Positions 9,396-21,890 are shown, counted from the stretch's first letter. The stretch: 64,000 bases of DNA from Planctomycetota bacterium (GCA_038227875.1 JBBRPR010000003.1:128001-192000), one strand, 5' to 3'. Numbers and translations: made by a program. The notes: a model not told the origin generated them from the letters alone.

Positions 9396-12300
9396 ATGCT
9401 TAATCTTCGCCACGCCGGTCTCACGCTCCTGCTGCTCTGCTCCGCTTCCGCGCTGGCCGGGGAGAATGTCTGGATCGAAGGCGAAGCGGCGAAGACCAAC
9501 GACTTCGTCAAACACAACTGGTACGACGCCGTCCACAAGGAAGGCATGTCGGGCAAGGCGTGGCTTTCGCACTACGACGGCGCAAAACCCGGCACAGCCA
9601 CGTATGAACTGGAATCCAAAGAGGGCGGGAATTTTGTCTTCTGGCTGCGCTGCAATTACTACTCCTGTGAGATGGACTACAAGCTCAACGACGCCGACTT
9701 CAAAGCCATCGACTTCGCCACCGAAAACGTCCGCGACGGTTTCATGATCTCCGAAAAGCCCGATCATCGTTTTCTCGGCTGGGTGAAAGTCGGCACGGTG
9801 GCCTTGAACAAGGGCCCGAACACGCTCGCGCTGAAAATTCACAGCAAGCTCTCCAACCACGGCGGCATCGATTGCTTCGTGCTCTCCAACACCGGCTTCA
9901 TTCCATCGGGCGCGGTGAAGCCCGGCAAGGAAGACGCGGGCGCGGAAACGCTCGATCCCGATGCGATCTGGGTCGAAGGCGAGGACGCCGAAACCCGCGA
10001 CGTCTCCAAGCACAACTGGTACGACGCCGGCGACGTCGCCAAGGAAGCGATGTCCGGCAAGGAATGGCTGAGCCATTACGGCGACAAGGCCGGCAGTGCC
10101 AAGTACAGTTTCACCGCGAAGAAGGACAGCGACGTGGTGCTCTGGCTGCGCTGCAATCCGTTCCAGGCGAAGATCGAATACAAGCTCGACGGCGCGGACT
10201 TCAAACCCCTCGACACCAGCGAAGGCAGCATCCGCGACTACTTGAAAGTCTCGAAGAATCCCGATCACCGTTTTCTGGCGTGGGCCCGCGCCGGAGCGAT
10301 GAAGCTCACCGCCGGCAAGCACACGCTGGAATTGAAGCTCGACGGCGGCATCAGTCACAGCACGGCGATCGATTGCTTCGTCTTCGCCAACGCCGAATTC
10401 ATTCCCAGCGGCGCGCAGAAGCCGACAGTTTCCAGCGGCACCGTTAGTCCCGACGCGTGGTTCCGCGTCGTCGCGGATGTCGATCAGTTCTCAGATAAAT
10501 CGCTGATCGACATGAGCAAACTGATTCCCGCTCCGGCCGGGCAGTTCGGATTTTTGAAGCGCGAGGGCAAGGAGCTGAAATTCGAGAAGGGCGACCAGCC
10601 GGTGAAATTCTGGGGCATCTGCGCCGGCTGCAACACCGGCGAGACCAGCGCGCAGATGGCCGTGCGCGCGCATTACTATGCCAAGCACGGCATCAACATG
10701 ATCCGTCAGCATCCGCTCTTTGGCATTCTCGGGCCGCTGAAGAACGGGCAGTTCGACGCCAAGGCGCTCGACGGCTGGGACCGCTGGTTCGCGGCGCTGA
10801 AGAACCAGGGCATCTACATGACGTGGTCGATTTTCTATCCGCTGCGCATCACCGACGCCGACGGCTATCCGCCGGAACTGCTCAAGGAACTCGATTTCAA
10901 TCCCGGCGACAAAACCTACGGCACGTACGGCATGGCAACGTTCTCGCGCAAACTACAGGACCTGGAAATCGCGTACGCGCAAGTCATTCTCAATCACGTC
11001 AACCCGTACACCAAGCTCGCGTACAAGGACGATCCCGCGCTGGCTGTGCTGGAAGTCCACAACGAAGACTGCGTCTTCTTCCACAATCCGCTTTCGGGCC
11101 TCGCCAATCCGCAGACCAAAACGCCGCTCCACGCGAAAATGCTGCGGCAGATGTTCTGCGAGTGGGCGAAGAAAGCGTACGGCACCGACGACGCGCTGCA
11201 GAAGGCCTGGGGCACCAAGGACACGCTGGCCAACGGCGAACTGCCGCTCTACGCCACGTGGCAGATGACGCCGGCGCGGACCAACGTCGACAGCAAGGCC
11301 AAGCTCGGCGCGTTCATCCATTTCCTCACCGACATGGAACGCGAATTTTATGATCGGCGCATGAAGGAATACCGCGACGCCGGCTACAAGGCCGTGACCA
11401 TCACCACCGCGTGGTTCACCGAGACGCTGGCGCAGCCGGCCAATCTCTACTGCGATTCGGCCGCGGATCTGATCGACCGTCACAACTATTTCGGCGGCGG
11501 CGTCGGAGGCCACGGGATTTCCGCGGGCAAGGTGAACAACGATACTCACATGCGTTCGCCCGGCGGCGGCATTCTCTCCTCCGGATTTTTCCAGATGGAA
11601 GACCGGCCCTTCTCGCTGACCGAATGGACGTCCTGTCCGCCCAATCAATTCAAGGCCGAGATCGCGCCGCTCTTCGCGTTTTATGGCATGGGGCTGCAGG
11701 GCTGGGACGCGTCGTACCACTTCGCTAGCGGAGCCACGCGCATCGGCGACGGCTGGCCGGGCTTGAGCTCCTACTGCACCGACACGCCGCACTACATCGG
11801 CCAATTCCCCGCGCTGGCCTACGCGCTCTATAAGGGGCACATCAAGGAAGCACCGCTGGCCGCCGCGCGGCGCTTGAAGATGGACGAACTTTTCACAGGC
11901 GACGATCCGCTCGGCGAAGCCGCCGCGGCCGGCGGCGGCAATGGCTTCGACCAGAAGCAGACCACCGGCGTCCAGACGCCCAACGAAGTCCTCGCGATCG
12001 GCCGCGTCACCGTCAGCTTCGACGGCAAAGCTCCGGAGAAAACCGATTGGAGCAAGTACTGGAACAAGGAGAAGAAAACCGTCGCCTCAATGACCGGCGA
12101 ACTGAATTGGGATTACGGCAACCGCATCGTCACGCTCACCGCGCCGAAAACGCAGGCCGTGATCGGCTTCGCCGGCGGCAGCACGCAGGAACTTCCCGGC
12201 GCGACCGTGGCCGTGAAGACGCCGTTCGTCAGCCTGATCTTCACGCCGCTGGACGACAAGCCTCTGGCCGAATCGGCGAGCATCCTGATCACCGCAATGG

Positions 12301-12542
12301 CCGAGGACAAGCAATCGAACACCCAATACAACGCCGACGGCACGCAGCTCATCGCCATCGGCGGACCGCCCTTGTTGATGGAGCCGGTGCAGGCGACCAT
12401 CACGCTCAAAGGCGCCGCGCCGAAGACCGTCGAGGTCCTCGACATTTACGGCGTACCCAACGGCAAGCAGGTGAAGACCAGCGGCAACGCGTTCACCATC
12501 GACGGCACTTACAAGACGTACTATTACCACGTCACGCGCTGA
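9396..12542 (+). CDS. Secreted clan GH-A (GH5/GH42-like) glycoside hydrolase with two tandem N-terminal CBM-like domains
   Basis: Signal peptide; two ~150 aa repeats starting WIEGE/WVEGE; VKFWG, NMIRQH, HVNPYTKLAYKDDPALAVLEVHNE (putative acid/base), SLTEW (putative nucleophile). Confidence 0.75.
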   Translation: MLNLRHAGLTLLLLCSASALAGENVWIEGEAAKTNDFVKHNWYDAVHKEGMSGKAWLSHYDGAKPGTATYELESKEGGNFVFWLRCNYYSCEMDYKLNDADFKAIDFATENVRDGFMISEKPDHRFLGWVKVGTVALNKGPNTLALKIHSKLSNHGGIDCFVLSNTGFIPSGAVKPGKEDAGAETLDPDAIWVEGEDAETRDVSKHNWYDAGDVAKEAMSGKEWLSHYGDKAGSAKYSFTAKKDSDVVLWLRCNPFQAKIEYKLDGADFKPLDTSEGSIRDYLKVSKNPDHRFLAWARAGAMKLTAGKHTLELKLDGGISHSTAIDCFVFANAEFIPSGAQKPTVSSGTVSPDAWFRVVADVDQFSDKSLIDMSKLIPAPAGQFGFLKREGKELKFEKGDQPVKFWGICAGCNTGETSAQMAVRAHYYAKHGINMIRQHPLFGILGPLKNGQFDAKALDGWDRWFAALKNQGIYMTWSIFYPLRITDADGYPPELLKELDFNPGDKTYGTYGMATFSRKLQDLEIAYAQVILNHVNPYTKLAYKDDPALAVLEVHNEDCVFFHNPLSGLANPQTKTPLHAKMLRQMFCEWAKKAYGTDDALQKAWGTKDTLANGELPLYATWQMTPARTNVDSKAKLGAFIHFLTDMEREFYDRRMKEYRDAGYKAVTITTAWFTETLAQPANLYCDSAADLIDRHNYFGGGVGGHGISAGKVNNDTHMRSPGGGILSSGFFQMEDRPFSLTEWTSCPPNQFKAEIAPLFAFYGMGLQGWDASYHFASGATRIGDGWPGLSSYCTDTPHYIGQFPALAYALYKGHIKEAPLAAARRLKMDELFTGDDPLGEAAAAGGGNGFDQKQTTGVQTPNEVLAIGRVTVSFDGKAPEKTDWSKYWNKEKKTVASMTGELNWDYGNRIVTLTAPKTQAVIGFAGGSTQELPGATVAVKTPFVSLIFTPLDDKPLAESASILITAMAEDKQSNTQYNADGTQLIAIGGPPLLMEPVQATITLKGAAPKTVEVLDIYGVPNGKQVKTSGNAFTIDGTYKTYYYHVTR

Positions 12543-12726
12543 CCGGGGCCGGCGGGGCCGACCGCGAATTGCGTCTCTAATTTTGGCGCGGTTCGACACG
12601 TCTACAGAGTGTCATAGGAGGCCAAGGTGCAACTTTTACCAATGCACCTTGTGAGTACTCCTTGACGAAAATGCGCCGCGACGTTCTAATGTAGTGTTCT
12701 TACATCGGGCGAGAGGATTAGAAGCC

Positions 12727-13161
12727 ATGCCGGTTCATGTCAAATTGCGCTGCAGCGAATGTGAAACGTTGCGTGAAGAAGATCTCAAGATGGAAGACAC
12801 CGAGATCACCTGTCCGGCCTGCGGTCGCCGCATGGCCAATCTCCAGCAGAACGAATACGTCGAAATCGAATCGAATTTGAAGAAGCAACAGCTCTTCTCG
12901 ATCATCAGCCTGGTCGCGTTTGGCATCACCGTCATCCTGCTGATCATGTGGGCGGTTCCGCATTCCGTGGCCACCGCTGCGCCGGCCACGGTGACACCCG
13001 GCCAGCCCGCTCCGACTGGATTCATGATCGACTGGATCTCCGGCACCGGCACCGAAAAAGCCGCCAACCAGGGCATGTTCATCGCCGCGCTGGTCTGCGG
13101 CCTGATCTCGCTGGTGCTCGGCGTCCTGGCTTCGATGAAGCGCTACATCATCGAATTCTAA
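12727..13161 (+). CDS. Small membrane protein with N-terminal zinc ribbon and two TM helices
   Basis: CSEC...CPACG, two hydrophobic stretches, GAGG upstream, terminator downstream. Confidence 0.75.
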   Translation: MPVHVKLRCSECETLREEDLKMEDTEITCPACGRRMANLQQNEYVEIESNLKKQQLFSIISLVAFGITVILLIMWAVPHSVATAAPATVTPGQPAPTGFMIDWISGTGTEKAANQGMFIAALVCGLISLVLGVLASMKRYIIEF

Positions 13162-13181
13162 ACAACTCTTCCCATCAAAAT

Positions 13182-13212
13182 AAAACTCCCGGCCATCAGG
13201 CCGGGAGTTTTT
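13182..13212. terminator. Bidirectional intrinsic terminator
   Basis: aaaactcccggcc-atca-ggccgggagttttt between convergent genes. Confidence 0.85.
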
Positions 13213-13234
13213 GTTTCGACATTCGACATTCCCA

Positions 13235-14533
13235 TCACGCATCTTTCAAGAACAACTCCACCACCGGTACCGTCACGCCTGGTTTGTGGACCGGCAGTTC
13301 CAGGGTCAGCGTGTCGGCGGAAATTCCACCCGGCGTCGTGCAGTTGGCCTGCTGATGCGGGTCGATGGTCATCATGCGGACTTCCGACGCATCGTTAAGC
13401 AGCTGCGCGTATTCGACGCGCCTGGCCAGGCCGGGAAGATGGACGTTCTTGAACGGCCACGCGAACAGATGCAGGTAGAGACGATTGCCGTTCTGCGTGT
13501 AGCGGCAATCGGTCGGCGGCGTGAAGTCGCTGGCCGTGCAACCGTAGATCGAGCGATTGTGCAGGCGCATCCATTCGCCCATGCCGCGCAGCCGGTCGAT
13601 GGCGCGCGGGTCGAGTTCGCCGCGGCCGTTGGGTCCGACGTTCAGCAGCAGGTTGCCGCCTTTGGAAACGCCATCGATGAGCATCTGGATCAGCATCTCG
13701 GTGGACTTCCACGACATCTCGTCGCGGTGGTAGCCCCAGCTTCCGCTGAAGGTCTGGCACGCTTCCCAGACCACGGGCTTGCCATTCACTTCCAGCCAGC
13801 CGTGCGGTTGAAATTGTTCCGGCGTCTTGATGTCGCCGCCGAGTTCCAGGCGGTCGTTGAGGACGATGTGCGGCTGCAGTTCGCGGACCATCTTCAGGAG
13901 TTTCTCGGACTGCCAGTCGGCCTTGCCCTTACCCTTCATGCCGTCGTGGACGCTGCCGGCGTAGGAAAAGTCGAACCACATCACGCTGACTTTGCCGAAC
14001 TCCGTGAGCAGTTCGCGGGTCTGGCCGTGGAGATACTCGGCGTACTTGCGGATGTCGCGGTGCTGCTGAGCCGCGCGGAAGTCCTTGTTGTCGCGCATCG
14101 GATGCAGGCCATCGATCGGAAATTCCGGATGATGCCAGTCGATCAGCGAATGGTAGAAACCGGTCTTCAGACCTTCCTTGCTGAACGCATCGACCATCGG
14201 CCGCAGCACGTCCTTGCCATACGGCGTGCGCGTGGCTTTGTAGTCGGTCAGCTTCGAATCCCACAGGCAGAAGCCCTCGTGATGCTTGGTGGTGATCACG
14301 AAGTACTTCATCCCCGCGTTGCGCGCCTCCTTCGCCCATAGCGCCGGGTCATAGAGATCGGGATCGAAATGCTTGAAGTACTTGTCGTATTTCTCACCGG
14401 GGATGCGCTCGTAGTTCTGGACCCACTCGTGCCGCCCCGCCAGCGAGTAGGTGCCCCAGTGGATGAACAGCCCGAAACGTTCCTTCTGGAACCAGGACGT
14501 GTCTCCTTCAGTGGGTTCTGGCAGTCGTGGCAT
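13235..14533 (-). CDS. Alpha-L-fucosidase (GH29), no signal peptide
   Basis: RFGLFIHWG, AGMKYFVITTKHHEGFCLWDS, WFDFS, GGNLLLNVGP. Confidence 0.93.
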   Translation of the reverse strand: MPRLPEPTEGDTSWFQKERFGLFIHWGTYSLAGRHEWVQNYERIPGEKYDKYFKHFDPDLYDPALWAKEARNAGMKYFVITTKHHEGFCLWDSKLTDYKATRTPYGKDVLRPMVDAFSKEGLKTGFYHSLIDWHHPEFPIDGLHPMRDNKDFRAAQQHRDIRKYAEYLHGQTRELLTEFGKVSVMWFDFSYAGSVHDGMKGKGKADWQSEKLLKMVRELQPHIVLNDRLELGGDIKTPEQFQPHGWLEVNGKPVVWEACQTFSGSWGYHRDEMSWKSTEMLIQMLIDGVSKGGNLLLNVGPNGRGELDPRAIDRLRGMGEWMRLHNRSIYGCTASDFTPPTDCRYTQNGNRLYLHLFAWPFKNVHLPGLARRVEYAQLLNDASEVRMMTIDPHQQANCTTPGGISADTLTLELPVHKPGVTVPVVELFLKDA

Positions 14534-14868
14534 GTAGGACTCCTTTCAAGAATAGTATTTTGCGTTCATAGTACAATTTTAACCAATTGGCAAGGATTAA
14601 TCGCCGACGTTTCGTTCGCCGGACGGCCAGGAGTCGACAGGCGGGAGTCGAGTTCCTGTAGCTGAAAACATCTTCGCAAAGTCAGGACATTACAGCGGGC
14701 CGGCTGATTGTTTTCTGTACATGCAACGTACAACCGACGGCTGCGCAAAACTGCTCAACCGACTGCGATTTCATAGGAGAACCGGCCGAAATTGCTGGCC
14801 GCACAAGGACGCTTTTCTGGCTTCAAACTTGCGATTTAGTCCCCACACACGAACCACGGAGATTGGGG

Positions 14869-15234
14869 ATGTCTTTGAAGATTGTCTGCGTCTCGGCGCG
14901 GGGCGCACAGATTTTTACCGGGGAGCTTCGTCAGCGCATCCAGTCCGGCGGCGTGAAAGGCTGGACCAGCCACAGCGGCCACATTACGCACGCGGAAAAA
15001 CAGTGGAGCAAGAAAGGGTACTTCCAGCTTCCCGACACCATCAGTCCCAAGCGCAACGCCTTCGACCTGCAGTTCCAATGGCCCAACGATATGCCCGACG
15101 ACCCGCTGACCGTCTACGCGCATTACCACGCCCAGTTCGTCTACATGCTGCTAACCACGAAATTCGACGCGCGCCTGCTGGGCATTTCAGCAGACCCAAA
15201 TTACGCGCTGCTGGGGGCGGCTCGTGGCTCTTAG
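14869..15234 (+). CDS. Hypothetical protein
   Basis: 121-aa ORF with GC3-biased codons and GGAG upstream; no recognised motif. Confidence 0.6.
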   Translation: MSLKIVCVSARGAQIFTGELRQRIQSGGVKGWTSHSGHITHAEKQWSKKGYFQLPDTISPKRNAFDLQFQWPNDMPDDPLTVYAHYHAQFVYMLLTTKFDARLLGISADPNYALLGAARGS

Positions 15235-15355
15235 CTCGTGGGGCTGCGAGAGCGCTGGTCGGGCAATTTTGAATTTTCTGTTTTGAACTGAACGGCGTGA
15301 CTCCAGCCGCCCATCGTCGGTACACAGTGCGGACGCCCTATGAAAGACACGCACT

Positions 15356-15490
15356 ATGGATTTTCCATTTCCGCTATTGAACTCATTTTGTCCCGGCAAC
15401 GACGACACGCTCATCCCGACGTGGCCATTCGCCTTCGGAATTATCTTAATCGTCGCCGCCTTCTTTCTATTGCGCGAACCCAAGCAGTAA
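15356..15490 (+). CDS. Putative 44-aa single-TM small protein
   Basis: Manual translation MDFPFPLLNSFCPGNDDTLIPTWPFAFGIILIVAAFFLLREPKQ; followed by a hairpin. Confidence 0.4.
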   Translation: MDFPFPLLNSFCPGNDDTLIPTWPFAFGIILIVAAFFLLREPKQ

Positions 15491-15512
15491 CGCCTTGCGT
15501 CGCGCAAAATAA

Positions 15513-15538
15513 AATGGGCGGGATCGCTCCCGCCCATT
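15513..15538. terminator. Intrinsic terminator (U-tract on the minus strand, after the GH63 gene)
   Basis: aatgggcggga-tcgc-tcccgcccatt preceded by an A-tract. Confidence 0.75.
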
Positions 15539-15601
15539 CGTCATTCTCTTTTCGACATTCCGTCAGTTCATCGCTCATCATTCATAATTCATAACTCAAC
15601 G

Positions 15602-18280
<2,679 letters not shown>

Positions 18281-18462
18281 GCTTCTCGTCCCCCGCCTCT
18301 ATTTTTTTGTGTGTCGCTTTTATATAAAGTGGTGTAACCGCTGGCAAGGCTGTTACCGTTGTTTGCGAAAATACCATGCACGAGTGAGGTGCGACGCAAA
18401 CCGTTTTGCGCGGCTACCGATTGAATTCGCGTAACATCCGTGTCGAACTCGAGGAATTAGTG

Positions 18463-19149
18463 ATGAAAATGCCGTCCCTGTCCCTGATCGCGCTCTGTTT
18501 CTGTGCCTGTCTTTCCGCCGCTGAACCGAAAACGACCACCCCGGCCGTGAAAAACCCGGAGCGGCACACCGGCTTCCTCGATGACATCAAGAAAATGAAC
18601 GGCACCGTCGACCTGGTCTTCGTCGGCGATTCGATCACCGATGGCTGGCGCGGCGGCGGCAAGGCCGTCTGGCAGAAAACCTGGAGCAAGGATCACCCGC
18701 TGAATCTCGGCATCTCCGGCGACCGCACCGAGCATGTCCTCTGGCGCATGAAAAACGGCGAACTGGACGGTTACAAGGCCAAGCTCTTCGTCATCATGAT
18801 CGGCACCAACAACGGTGGCGATTCGGCCGCCGACGTCGCCGCCGGCATCACCGCGATTGTCAAAGAAATTCAATCCAAGCAGCCGCAGGCCAAAATCCTG
18901 CTGCTGGGCATCTTCCCCCGCGGCGAAAAACCCAATCCGGCGCGCACCAAGAACGAGGAAGTCAACAAGATCGTCGCCAAGCTCGACGACGGCAAGGCGC
19001 TGAAGTACCTCGACATTGGCGACAAGTTCCTCACTGCCGACAAGACCTTGACCAAGGACATCATGCCCGACGCCCTCCACCCCAATCTCAAAGGCTACGA
19101 GATCTGGGCCAAAGAGACCGACCCCATCATTCAGCAGATGCTGCAATAA
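18463..19149 (+). CDS. Secreted SGNH/GDSL esterase (PAF-acetylhydrolase-like)
   Basis: Signal peptide; FVGDSIT, GISGDRT, IGTNN, DALHP. Confidence 0.92.
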   Translation: MKMPSLSLIALCFCACLSAAEPKTTTPAVKNPERHTGFLDDIKKMNGTVDLVFVGDSITDGWRGGGKAVWQKTWSKDHPLNLGISGDRTEHVLWRMKNGELDGYKAKLFVIMIGTNNGGDSAADVAAGITAIVKEIQSKQPQAKILLLGIFPRGEKPNPARTKNEEVNKIVAKLDDGKALKYLDIGDKFLTADKTLTKDIMPDALHPNLKGYEIWAKETDPIIQQMLQ

Positions 19150-19150
19150 G

Positions 19151-19275
19151 GGACAGAACTGAGGACTGAGGAAAAACTCCCCGCTTACGCGGGGAGTTTT
19201 GTTGAGTCGACTTAACGAGCTAAGCGACGCGCCGTAACCTCAGTCCTCAATCCTCAGTCCTCAGCCCTCGGTCCT
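19151..19275. repeat. ACTGAGG/CCTCAGT heptamer inverted repeat enclosing a terminator (19172-19200)
   Basis: actgaggactgagg-aaaaactccccgc ttac gcggggagtttt ... cctcagtcctcaatcctcagtcctcagccctc. Confidence 0.8.
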
Positions 19276-19360
19276 TCTGTTTACACACATTAGGTTTGCT
19301 CTTTTCACTCCCAAGGTGTAGTCATAAGTAGTTGTTTCTCCTCCACGCTCCGGAGGCTCC

Positions 19361-20224
19361 ATGTCCGACACCGTGACGGTCGTTGAAACTCCCCGCGACG
19401 CCTTTCAGGGGCTGCCCACTTTCATTCCCACAGCTGAAAAAATTCAGTACATCCAGGCGGTGATCGATGCCGGCGTGAAGCACGTCGACCTGGGCAGTTT
19501 TGTTTCACCGAAAGCCGTGCCGCAGATGGCCGATTCCGAAGAGGTCGTCCGCTCGTTCCGCAAAGCCCCGGAGCTGGAACGCATCGCCATCGTCGTCAAC
19601 GGCAAGGGCGTGCAGCGCGCGATTGAAGTCGGCGGGCTGGACGCCATTGGCTTTCCCTTCAGCCTCTCCCGCGATTTTCAGCTTCACAACACCAAGATGA
19701 CCAGCACGCAGACCTGGCCGCTGGTCGAACAGTTCATCATCCAGACCGAACTTCACGACATGTCGTTCATCCTCTATCTGTCGATGGCCTTTGGCAATCC
19801 TTACGGCGAAGCGTGGGACGAACAGGCGCTGCTGCGCTACATCAAAAGTCTCGCGGCGATGGGCGTGCGGCATGTCTCACTGGCCGACACAGTCGCGGTC
19901 GCCAAACCCGATCAGGTCAAACGCGTGTTCACGCAGGTGATCCGCGATTATCCGGAGATCGAATTCAGCGCGCACTTCCACGGTCGCCCGCACGATTGGT
20001 TTGCGTGCGTGGACGCGGCGCTGGAGGCCGGTTGCCGGCGCTTCGACGCGGCCTGCGGCGGACTCGGCGGCTGCCCGTTCGCACAGGACAAACTGATCGC
20101 CAACATTCCCACGGAAGGACTGGTCGACCGCCTGGAGCGCGCGGGTTTCAAGACCGGCGTGGACGTCGATAAACTTCGCCACTGCGCCGAGAGCGCGCGC
20201 GGGTTGCAGCAGAAATACGGATGA
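19361..20224 (+). CDS. Hydroxymethylglutaryl-CoA lyase family protein
   Basis: ETPRDAFQG, SFVSPKAVPQMAD, SLADT, AHFH, GGLGGCPFA, NIPTE. Confidence 0.88.
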   Translation: MSDTVTVVETPRDAFQGLPTFIPTAEKIQYIQAVIDAGVKHVDLGSFVSPKAVPQMADSEEVVRSFRKAPELERIAIVVNGKGVQRAIEVGGLDAIGFPFSLSRDFQLHNTKMTSTQTWPLVEQFIIQTELHDMSFILYLSMAFGNPYGEAWDEQALLRYIKSLAAMGVRHVSLADTVAVAKPDQVKRVFTQVIRDYPEIEFSAHFHGRPHDWFACVDAALEAGCRRFDAACGGLGGCPFAQDKLIANIPTEGLVDRLERAGFKTGVDVDKLRHCAESARGLQQKYG

Positions 20225-20240
20225 GCGCACGCGTCGCGCT

Positions 20241-21293
20241 TCACTGCGCGACGACGACGCGGAAGCCGACGCAGTAGCTGCGCTTGTCCGGGCGGAAGGC
20301 GTTGCGCGTTGAGGCGCGGCAGCGGGACTCGGTGTCCAGCCACGAGCTCCCGCGCACGACGCGGAACATGCCCGTCATGGGCCCGGTCGGATCCGGCACG
20401 GGCGAGATGGCGTAGTATCCTTCGTCGAACCAATCCTGGCACCACTGCATCACGTTGCCGTGCATGTCATACAAACCCCACGCGTTGGGCTTGATGTTCT
20501 TGACGCTGTCGTCGGCGCTGTGCGTGGTGTTCTTGCTGTTCGCGCCAAACCACGCAAGCTTGCCGAGTTCCTGCGGATTGTCCGTGCCGGAGTACAGCGT
20601 GCGCGACCCGGCGCGGCAGGCGTATTCCCATTCCGCCTCGGTGGGCAGCCGCACCGTCCGTCCGCTGGCCTTGCTCACGCGCGAACAGAACGCCGCCGCG
20701 TCCTCCCAACTGATCTGCTCGACCGGGTGGTCGGGCGCTTTGAAAAAGCTGTAATTGATCCGCATGACCGCATCAAACTGCTGCTGCGAAACGCAGAATT
20801 TACCCATGAGAAACGGCCGCGTAATGGAGACCGCGTGCACCGGACGTTCGTTGGGCAGCGCGGTTAACTCGCTGCGGTCGGAGTTACTCTTGCGCCAGCG
20901 CAGCAGGCCGACCATGCCCACGCCAAACGCGAGCGTGCCGCCGAGCAGCACCAATAGCGAAAAGCGCGGCCGTTCGTGGTTGATCATCGCGCGCGCGATG
21001 ACGACCACGACGAGGGAAATGATGATGCCGGTCGCACCCAGCAACAATCCCAGCCCCACCCACGGCGATTCCGGCAGCTTCTCCGTCGCGCCCATCTGAA
21101 ACGAGCCGGACGGAATTGAGACCAGTTCCATCGACAAGCCACCGCCAAGATCCAGGCGATCGCTGGCCACCGCAGGCTTCGCGGGAGCCGGATCTGGCGT
21201 CGGAGCCGGCGCAGTCTCCTCCGCTGCCCCGCCGCTGAAAGCGAGCAGCGCGCAGATAAGCACGAACGATGTAAAAATGGTACGCATGGGCAT
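20241..21293 (-). CDS. FGE-sulfatase (SUMF1/EgtB/PvdO-like) domain protein with an inserted TM hairpin
   Basis: GSFQMG, NERPVH, RLPTEAEWEYACRAG, PNAWGLYDMHGNV, VVRGSSW, GFRVV. Confidence 0.88.
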   Translation of the reverse strand: MPMRTIFTSFVLICALLAFSGGAAEETAPAPTPDPAPAKPAVASDRLDLGGGLSMELVSIPSGSFQMGATEKLPESPWVGLGLLLGATGIIISLVVVVIARAMINHERPRFSLLVLLGGTLAFGVGMVGLLRWRKSNSDRSELTALPNERPVHAVSITRPFLMGKFCVSQQQFDAVMRINYSFFKAPDHPVEQISWEDAAAFCSRVSKASGRTVRLPTEAEWEYACRAGSRTLYSGTDNPQELGKLAWFGANSKNTTHSADDSVKNIKPNAWGLYDMHGNVMQWCQDWFDEGYYAISPVPDPTGPMTGMFRVVRGSSWLDTESRCRASTRNAFRPDKRSYCVGFRVVVAQ

Positions 21294-21444
21294 CCCCCCA
21301 TTTTAGCGCGTTTCCCTCCGAGTGGAAAGGAAGGGGGATTTAAATTCAGAATTCAGAGTGATACCACTGGCACCAACGCGTACGCAGCATTTGATTCGGG
21401 CTGATGCGAGGCCACCCGTCGTGTTCTTTACTCCTCGTTCATCG

Positions 21445-21815
21445 TTACTTTTCCACGTCGTCGCTGCGAATGATCACGACGCCGCGTTGGAGCAAGTGCG
21501 GGAAGTCTTCGCTGTTCAGCAGTTCGCTGAGTTCGGCGCGCCAGTTCTTCATCGAGAGCTTCAAGCGCAGACGTTCTCCGCACCGCTTCAAGCCACGTGT
21601 TTATAGTTGAGTAGGGAGACGGATTTGACGAACATCTCGTCGCGTGCCCGTTCAGCCTCGGTCAGGCCGGGGTGCGTGACGGGTTTAGCTGGTTCCGCCG
21701 GTTGCTCCGGTTTCGCCGGTCGGAATTTCGCGGCGAGTTCGCGGGTTTTCGGAGTGAGGCCGAGCTTCTGACACGCGAGCACGCGGGTGCAAAATATTAG
21801 CGCCAGTTTCCACAT
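21445..21815 (-). other. Two short overlapping ORFs (21588-21815 and 21445-21591), possibly one frameshifted gene
   Basis: The second ORF reads LKRCGERLRLKLSMKNWRAELSELLNSEDFPHLLQRGVVIIRSDDVEK with coding-like codon use; TTGA overlap with the first. Confidence 0.35.
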
Positions 21816-21890
21816 AAAAAAATCCCCCGCTGAATGCGGGGGAATTTTTGCTCAGTCCTCAGTCCTCAGTCCTCAGTCCTCAGTCCTGTC
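21816..21890 (-). terminator. Terminator plus (CTCAGTC)x5 heptamer array after the oxidoreductase gene
   Basis: aaaaaatcccccgc-tgaat-gcgggggaattttt, then ctcagtcctcagtcctcagtcctcagtcctcagtcc. Confidence 0.8.

Noticed and set aside
9162..10358. Apparent 400-aa N-terminal extension of ProB (ORF 8013..10358)
   Set aside because: It is the antisense shadow of the glycoside hydrolase gene. ProB homology starts near 9161.
21851..21890. Tandem repeats as a possible CRISPR array
   Set aside because: The units are 7 nt with no unique spacers, and there are no cas genes in the window.
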